20,126 nucleotides of DNA from Pseudomonadota bacterium. GTDB lineage: Bacteria; Bdellovibrionota; FAC87; UBA2466. Where the stretch lies: the NCBI GenBank assembly GCA_043767805.1, contig JAYUGC010000194.1, positions 1 through 20,126 of the forward strand, given 5' to 3'. Positions within the stretch are counted from its first letter, which is position 1. Every line of letters starts with the position of its first letter. Below the pieces are notes generated by a model that made no database searches, had not been told where the DNA came from, and was given only the letters and a program-made list of their open reading frames with translations. The position numbers and the translations under genes were made by a program. This document shows positions 15,501 to 20,126 of this stretch, piece after piece.

Positions 15501-18500
15501 GCGACGGACGCCGTAGTCAATTATGCTACCGGATCCGGGACGGCGACTCTCGTTTTTAACTATACCGTCGCGTCCGGGGAAAATAGCGCGGATTTGGATT
15601 ACGTGGGAGTCGGCTCCCTCGCCTTAAACGGAGGCACCATCGTCGATGGCTTGGGCAATGCGGCCTCTCTCGCTCTGCCGGCGCCTGGAGCCCTAAATTC
15701 GCTCGGCGCCACTCGCGCCTTCGTGGTCGATACCATCAGCCCAGTCACGCGAGATGTGACGGCGCTCGTCGCGAGTGGGACCTACGGCGTGGGGGATACG
15801 TTAGGCATTCAGCTCCTATTCAATCGGCCGGTAACCGTTACGGGGACTCCGCAGCTCACTCTCGAAACGGGAGCGACTGACGCCGTCGTCAACTATGTCT
15901 CCGGAAGCGGTACGGACACTTTGCTTTTCAACTACACGGTCGCCTCTGGCCAGAACAGCGTACGGCTCGACTACCCGACGAAGACTTCGCTCGCGTTGAA
16001 TGGCGGCACGATCAAGGACGCCACGACCTTGAACGCGCTCCTGGTTTTGCCTGCTCCGGCCAGTCTCAGTTCGCTTTCCGGCAATAAGGCCATCGTCATC
16101 GATACGACCTCGCCGCTCGTTGCCTCGGTGAATGCGTCGTCGGCCGATGGGTTATATACGACGAGCGACTCCATTACCGTGGAAGTGAACTTCGACGAGC
16201 CCGTGGACGTGACCGGCACGCCGCAGCTCACCCTCGAGACGGGCGCGACGGATGCGGTGGCGATTTACGTCTCGGGATCCGGAACTCCGACACTCACTTT
16301 CTCGTATACGGTGGCCGCTGGAAACGTCAGCGCCGATTTGGATTACGTCGCGACCACGTCGCTTGCGCTAAACGGCGGCACGATTAAAGATGGCGCCCGC
16401 AACGCTGCGAATCTCACGCTTCCCGCTCCGGGAGCCACCGGATCCTTGGGCGCCAACAAAGCCATCGTCGTCGAAACGATTCGCCCCCTCGTGGTCAACG
16501 TAAGCTCGAGCTTGGCGGATGGACCTTACGGCGCGGGTCAGGTCGTTCCTGTTCAGATTACCTTCAACCGAGCGGTCAACGTCACAGGAAATCCTCGCGT
16601 GCTTCTCGAAACGGGAAATACCGACGGGTATGCGACGTATGCTTCGGGGACGGGCACCGCCGTCTTGGTGTTCAATTACACCTCGGTGAGCCCTCATTTC
16701 GCCGCCGATTTGGATTACGTTCAGCCCGGGGTCATCGATCTGAACGGGGGAACCATTCAGGATCTCTCCGCGCTCGCCGCCGTGCTGACGCTTCCGCCTT
16801 TGGGCGCCACGAGTCTAGCTGGAAACAAGGACCTACTCATCGATGCGGTAAGCCCGGCTGTGACCAATGTGACGACGGATGTTTCAGTCATGGACGGAAT
16901 CTACGGATCCGGCGCGTTCGCCATTACCGTGCAGTTCGACGAGGTCGTGCTGGTCACGGGCACGCCCCGGCTCACGCTCGAGACGGGCGCGACCGACGCG
17001 GTCGTCGATTACTCGTCGGGAAGTGGGACCGATACGTTAGTTTTCTCCTACACCATTGCGCCCGGGCAAAACTCCCCGGATTTGGATTACGTCGCGACCA
17101 CATCGCTTGCGTTAAACGGCGGCACGATCCGAGATCTCTTAGCTAATAACTCCGTTCTCACGCTGCCCGCGCCGGGGGCGACTGGATCTCTGGGGGCCAA
17201 TAAGGCCGTCGTCATCGATACGATTCATCCCTTGGTCACGAGTGTGACGAGCTCCGTGGCCAACGGGACGTATGGCAACGGCGCGGTCGTGCCCGTCCAA
17301 GTGGTGTTCAATCGAGTGGTGAACGTCACGGGCGTTCCTCAGCTTACTCTCAGTCTTTTACCAGCGCCGCGAGCGATCGATTACAGCTCCGGCACGGGGA
17401 CAAACACTTTGGTTTTCAACTATACAGTCCTGGCGGGGGATGCCGCCGCCGATCTCGATTACGTGGATGGGAGCTCACTCGCGTTTAACGGCGGCACGAT
17501 CCAGGATGGGTCGGCTGTCGCCGCGGTGCTGAGCCTTTGGCCCGTCGGGATATCGGGTTCCCTTTCCGCGGCGAAGAACCTCGTCATCGATACCAGTGTC
17601 GCCTCGGTCGTCGCGGTGAGCTCGCCGGCCATCAACGGGGCGTATGGGGCGGGTAGTGCCTTCAGCCTGGAAGTTCAGTTCTCCGATGTCGTCACCGTCA
17701 CGGGTACGCCGACCCTCACTCTCGAGACGGGAGCGACGGACGCCGTCGTGAACTATACATCGGGGAGCGGGACCGCGACCCTCACTTTTCAATATGTCGT
17801 CGCCTCGGGCGACAATAGCGCCGACCTCGACTACGCCTCGGTGAGCGCGCTCTTTCTGAATGGAGGAACGATCATTGGCGCTAGCGGCAACGCGGCCTCG
17901 CTGACTCTGCCCGTCCCCGGAGGCGTGGGATCTCTGTCGCAGGCCAAGGATATTTTCGTCGACACCGCGCATGCGGTGGTGGACCAGGTATCGTCCGTAA
18001 AAGCGGACGGCATCTATACTGTGGGTGAGTCCATTTCCATCGACGTTCAATTTAATCGGGTGGTGAACGTCACCGGCGTGCCGCAGCTTACTCTCGAGAC
18101 CGGAGCCAGCGATACGCTCGCTTCCTACGCTAGTGGGTCCGGCACGAATACCCTTAGCTTCACTTACGTGGTGCAAGCGGGCAACGGAACTATCGACTTG
18201 GAAGCCGTGACGACCAATCCGCTCGTCTTTGACGGCGGCACGATTCAAGACGGGGGCCTAGCGAACGCCAATCTCATGATTCCCATTCCGGAAGACCCGC
18301 GCTCCTTGTCGACCTTGAAAAGCTTGGCCATCGATACGACGAGTCCCTTGATTGCCAGCGTGGACTCGACTCTCGCCGACGGAATCTACTCGGTGGGCGA
18401 GGTCATTCCGATTTCCGTGAATTTCAACGAGCCGGTCAATGTAACCGGCGTCCCTCGTCTTACTTTGGAGACGGGCGCGACCGACGCCGTGGTGAATTAC

Positions 18501-20126
18501 GTATCCGGCAGCGGGACCGCGGCGCTCCTTTTCACTTACACGATTGCCAGCCCGCAAAACACCGTGCGTCTCGATTACGTCGCGACGACGTCCTTGGCCT
18601 TGAATGCGGGCACCATCTCGGATGTTCCGGGCAATACCGCGGTCCTGACGCTTCCCGTGCCGGGATCCCCTGGCTCGCTCGGGGTGGGGAGGGCGTTCGT
18701 GGTGGACACGGTGAACCCCGTGGTGACTCAGGTGACGTCCGCGGATCCCGATGCGACCTACGGCGTCGCTCAGGTGATAGGCGTCCAGGTGAGGTTTAAT
18801 CGCGCGGTCAACGTGACGGGCACGCCCCGCCTTCTTTTAGAGACGGGTCTCGCGGACGTTTTCGTAAACTATTCCTCCGGCTCCGGCACGACCACGCTTC
18901 TCTTCAACTATACGGTAGCCGCGGGCCACACCTCGAGTGATTTGGAATATTTCGCCTTGAACTCTCTTTCCTTGAACGGCGGTACTATCCGGGACGCCGG
19001 TCTACTTAATGCACAGCTCACCTTGCCGGCCTTAGCCAGTCCCCGATCCTTGGGAGGCTCGAAGGACTTGGTCGTTAGCGGCCGAAGGGTTGGCAAGAAG
19101 CTCGCCGGCAAGTTCAAGAGCGGCGGCGCGGCCAAATCCGGCAAGGTTACCAAGGGAGGGGTGGGCTCCGGAAGCGTTTCCCCGTCGCCTTCCCCTTTGA
19201 CCGTGACTGGCGCCAAGGGCGCGAGTCAATTCGGCGTGGCCATTTCCGGTTTGAAGGATCTTAACGGAGATGGCGTGGGAGATTTCATTGTCGGCGAGCC
19301 CAGTGAAAAGGGACGGGGCTTGGCTCATGTTTACAATGGCGCCACCGGTCAACTGCTCTTCGATCTTCGGGGCTCCGAGGACGGCGGTCTGTTTGGCGCC
19401 GCCGTGTCCGGCGTTCCCGATCTGAACGGGGATGGCGTCGACGAAATTATGGTGGGCGAACCCAGCGCCGCGGGTCGGGGGCGCGTGCACGTTTTCGACG
19501 GGAGAAGCGGACGCGCGCTCTACGCGCTCACTGGCACCGAGAGCCGCGCGCAATTTGGAGCTTCCCTCGCGGGCGTGTCGGATGTCGATGGAGACGGACT
19601 GGGCGATCTTTTCGTAGGTGAGCCCTTCGCCAGTGGCGGCGGAACACGGCGGGGCCGGGCGCATCTGCTAAGCGGAGCGAGTGGAACGGCGATCGACCGT
19701 TTCTCCGGTGCCGAAGACGAAGGGGGCTTCGGCATTAGTGTTGCCGAGGCGGGCGACGTGGATGACGACGGCCGGACTGATTTCGTGGTGGGAGCGCCCT
19801 TTGTCGCGGGAGGCGGAACGCGCCGGGGCGCCGCCTATGTCTTTCGCGGTCTCGATCGCACCCTGATCGCGCGGATTTCGGGCAAGGCCGATCACAGCAA
19901 TCTCGGTTACTCCGTCGTGGGATTGGGAGACGTCGATAGCGACGGGTATGGGGATCTCTTATTGGGAGCGCCCGCGCTTTCGGGAGGCGCAAGAGCGTGG
20001 GTTTTTGTCGTCAGTGGCCATGACGGAAAGACTCGGTACGGCATTCCTGGGAGCGAAGAAAAAACGGGCTTTGGCGAAGCGCTCGCTCAGGCGGGCGACG
20101 GGAATGCGGACGGTGGGATGGATTTT
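12597..20126 (+). CDS. Giant surface lipoprotein/adhesin: 17 Ig-like repeats plus FG-GAP beta-propeller (3' end runs off the window; at least 2510 aa)
   Basis: Read by hand in frame 3. MQGVDSAQRNQQIKRTLLFHVVLFLAATGLAG-C gives a lipobox with Cys at 12693. Frame checks at the repeat anchors and at the window end (...AGDGNADGGMDF) are in phase. Its absence from the ORF track is consistent with no in-frame stop. The start codon has a weak RBS. Confidence 0.92.
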   Translation, partial: MQGVDSAQRNQQIKRTLLFHVVLFLAATGLAGCFEFRGTSTVDDGYKPGLNPALQTPHVSRVTSPATDGLFGPGEDIEIEVVFDRAVIVTGVPQLTLETGTTDAVVDYREGNGTTMLTFLYTTGSGQSASRLDYVSPSALALNGGAIRGAGDFDADLTLPVPGASGSLSEQRNLVIDGLLPAVTSVTSSTTNGTHGADLSVTVQVVFNKFVTVTGAPTLTLETGATDAVATYLSGSGTSTLSFLYAISAGESSLDLDYVATTSLALNGGAILDAFSNVADRTLPVPGAAGSLAANKAIVIDTTQPTVTSVSSTTANGTYGVGQAVSIQIAFSRAITVTGTPQLTLETGATDAVVNYASGSGTTTLTFTYTVASGETSLDLDYVATTSLTLNGGTLKDAFNNAAVLTLAAPGAAGSLGAIKALVIDTAAPTVTGVSSSTANGTYGTGQSVSVEVTFSKTVVVTGTPQLTLETGTTDAVASYTSGGGSAVLVFSYTVGSGQSSVDLDYVATTSLALNGGTIKDGFNNSAVLTLASPGAAGSLGETKAIVIDTTVPTVTAVTSSLANGIYGVGQVVPIQITFSKAVTVTGTPRLTLETGATDAVVNYTSGSGTATLSFDYTVATGQTASDLDYTSTTALVLNGGTVKDVFNNPATLTLPAPAAAGSFGANKNLVIDGLAPTVTSVTSLTDDGLYGLGQLITIRVTFSEPVTVTGTPQLTLETGATDAVVDYSSGSGTTVLVFAYTVGVGQVSADLDYASAAALTLNGGTIADATPNAAVLTLPAPGAAGSLGMAKDLVVDSVNPLITSITSAKPNGTYGVGTVIGIAVAFNRAVSVTGTPQLTLETGASDAVVNYTSGSGTATLFFNYTVAAGHASADLQYLSVSALALNGGTIKDVGTLNARLNLPALASPSSLAGSKAIVIDTSAPLVSTVNSATADGIYVHDDIIAVEVTFNRAVTVTGTPQLTLETGATDAVVNYATGSGTATLVFNYTVASGENSADLDYVGVGSLALNGGTIVDGLGNAASLALPAPGALNSLGATRAFVVDTISPVTRDVTALVASGTYGVGDTLGIQLLFNRPVTVTGTPQLTLETGATDAVVNYVSGSGTDTLLFNYTVASGQNSVRLDYPTKTSLALNGGTIKDATTLNALLVLPAPASLSSLSGNKAIVIDTTSPLVASVNASSADGLYTTSDSITVEVNFDEPVDVTGTPQLTLETGATDAVAIYVSGSGTPTLTFSYTVAAGNVSADLDYVATTSLALNGGTIKDGARNAANLTLPAPGATGSLGANKAIVVETIRPLVVNVSSSLADGPYGAGQVVPVQITFNRAVNVTGNPRVLLETGNTDGYATYASGTGTAVLVFNYTSVSPHFAADLDYVQPGVIDLNGGTIQDLSALAAVLTLPPLGATSLAGNKDLLIDAVSPAVTNVTTDVSVMDGIYGSGAFAITVQFDEVVLVTGTPRLTLETGATDAVVDYSSGSGTDTLVFSYTIAPGQNSPDLDYVATTSLALNGGTIRDLLANNSVLTLPAPGATGSLGANKAVVIDTIHPLVTSVTSSVANGTYGNGAVVPVQVVFNRVVNVTGVPQLTLSLLPAPRAIDYSSGTGTNTLVFNYTVLAGDAAADLDYVDGSSLAFNGGTIQDGSAVAAVLSLWPVGISGSLSAAKNLVIDTSVASVVAVSSPAINGAYGAGSAFSLEVQFSDVVTVTGTPTLTLETGATDAVVNYTSGSGTATLTFQYVVASGDNSADLDYASVSALFLNGGTIIGASGNAASLTLPVPGGVGSLSQAKDIFVDTAHAVVDQVSSVKADGIYTVGESISIDVQFNRVVNVTGVPQLTLETGASDTLASYASGSGTNTLSFTYVVQAGNGTIDLEAVTTNPLVFDGGTIQDGGLANANLMIPIPEDPRSLSTLKSLAIDTTSPLIASVDSTLADGIYSVGEVIPISVNFNEPVNVTGVPRLTLETGATDAVVNYVSGSGTAALLFTYTIASPQNTVRLDYVATTSLALNAGTISDVPGNTAVLTLPVPGSPGSLGVGRAFVVDTVNPVVTQVTSADPDATYGVAQVIGVQVRFNRAVNVTGTPRLLLETGLADVFVNYSSGSGTTTLLFNYTVAAGHTSSDLEYFALNSLSLNGGTIRDAGLLNAQLTLPALASPRSLGGSKDLVVSGRRVGKKLAGKFKSGGAAKSGKVTKGGVGSGSVSPSPSPLTVTGAKGASQFGVAISGLKDLNGDGVGDFIVGEPSEKGRGLAHVYNGATGQLLFDLRGSEDGGLFGAAVSGVPDLNGDGVDEIMVGEPSAAGRGRVHVFDGRSGRALYALTGTESRAQFGASLAGVSDVDGDGLGDLFVGEPFASGGGTRRGRAHLLSGASGTAIDRFSGAEDEGGFGISVAEAGDVDDDGRTDFVVGAPFVAGGGTRRGAAYVFRGLDRTLIARISGKADHSNLGYSVVGLGDVDSDGYGDLLLGAPALSGGARAWVFVVSGHDGKTRYGIPGSEEKTGFGEALAQAGDGNADGGMDF
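12753..19076 (+). repeat. 17 x 372-bp (124-aa) intragenic tandem repeats, Ig-like
   Basis: The Leu codon of the LETG motif recurs at 12885, 13257, 13629, 14001, 14373, 14745, 15117, 15489, 15861, 16233, 16605, 16977, 17349 (degenerate LSLL), 17721, 18093, 18465 and 18837. Consensus: PTVTSVSS..ANGTYG.G..V.I.V.F...V.VTGTPQLTLETGATDAVVNY.SGSGT.TL.F.YTV..G..S.DLDYV....L.LNGGTI.D...NAA.LTLP.PG..GSL...KAIVID. Confidence 0.95.
19197..20126 (+). repeat. FG-GAP (integrin-alpha-like) repeats, six visible, within the giant CDS
   Basis: FG...DLNGDGVGDFIVGEP, FG...DLNGDGVDEIMVGEP, FG...DVDGDGLGDLFVGEP, FG...DVDDDGRTDFVVGAP, LG...DVDSDGYGDLLLGAP and FG...DGNADGGMDF (cut by the window edge). Confidence 0.93.

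Noticed and set aside
12753..19076. Regular repeats as a CRISPR array or mobile element
   Set aside because: The period is 372 bp, in frame, with codon-wobble divergence. It is a protein domain repeat with no unique spacers.
12995..19992. Many short ORFs listed in the track over the right third of the window
   Set aside because: They are antisense or off-frame shadows of the giant plus-strand repeat CDS.

Overview
GC-rich bacterial window; the gene content suggests a Bdellovibrionota/Oligoflexia-like or other deltaproteobacteria-like organism, which is an inference. (1) 1-4995 is a divergent cluster of general-stress-type envelope genes: DUF3618/DUF883-like proteins, DUF1328, a secreted hydrophilin, a hemerythrin-domain protein, an AI-2E transporter and a POTRA-less Omp85 barrel. 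Three correctly spaced sigma54 (-24/-12) promoter motifs lie within about 450 bp, with candidate enhancer sites between the divergent pair. (2) 5242-12530 is a mosaic of unrelated genes: an alpha/beta hydrolase with Asn at the nucleophile position, a lipoprotein, a very acidic mini-protein, parvulin PpiC, a ChaN/EreA-like protein, a PLD3/4-like double-HKD enzyme, DUF885 and SRPBCC. It also holds three gene remnants: a frameshifted TrxB-like C-terminal half, the N-terminus of 3-methyladenine glycosylase Tag, and a probable DUF6151-like N-terminus. (3) 12597 to the window end is a giant lipoprotein of at least 2510 aa, absent from the ORF track because it has no stop codon in the window. It has 17 tandem Ig-like repeats with an exact 372-bp period, a Lys/Gly-rich linker and an integrin-alpha-like FG-GAP beta-propeller. 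No tRNA, rRNA, CRISPR array or transposase was recognised.
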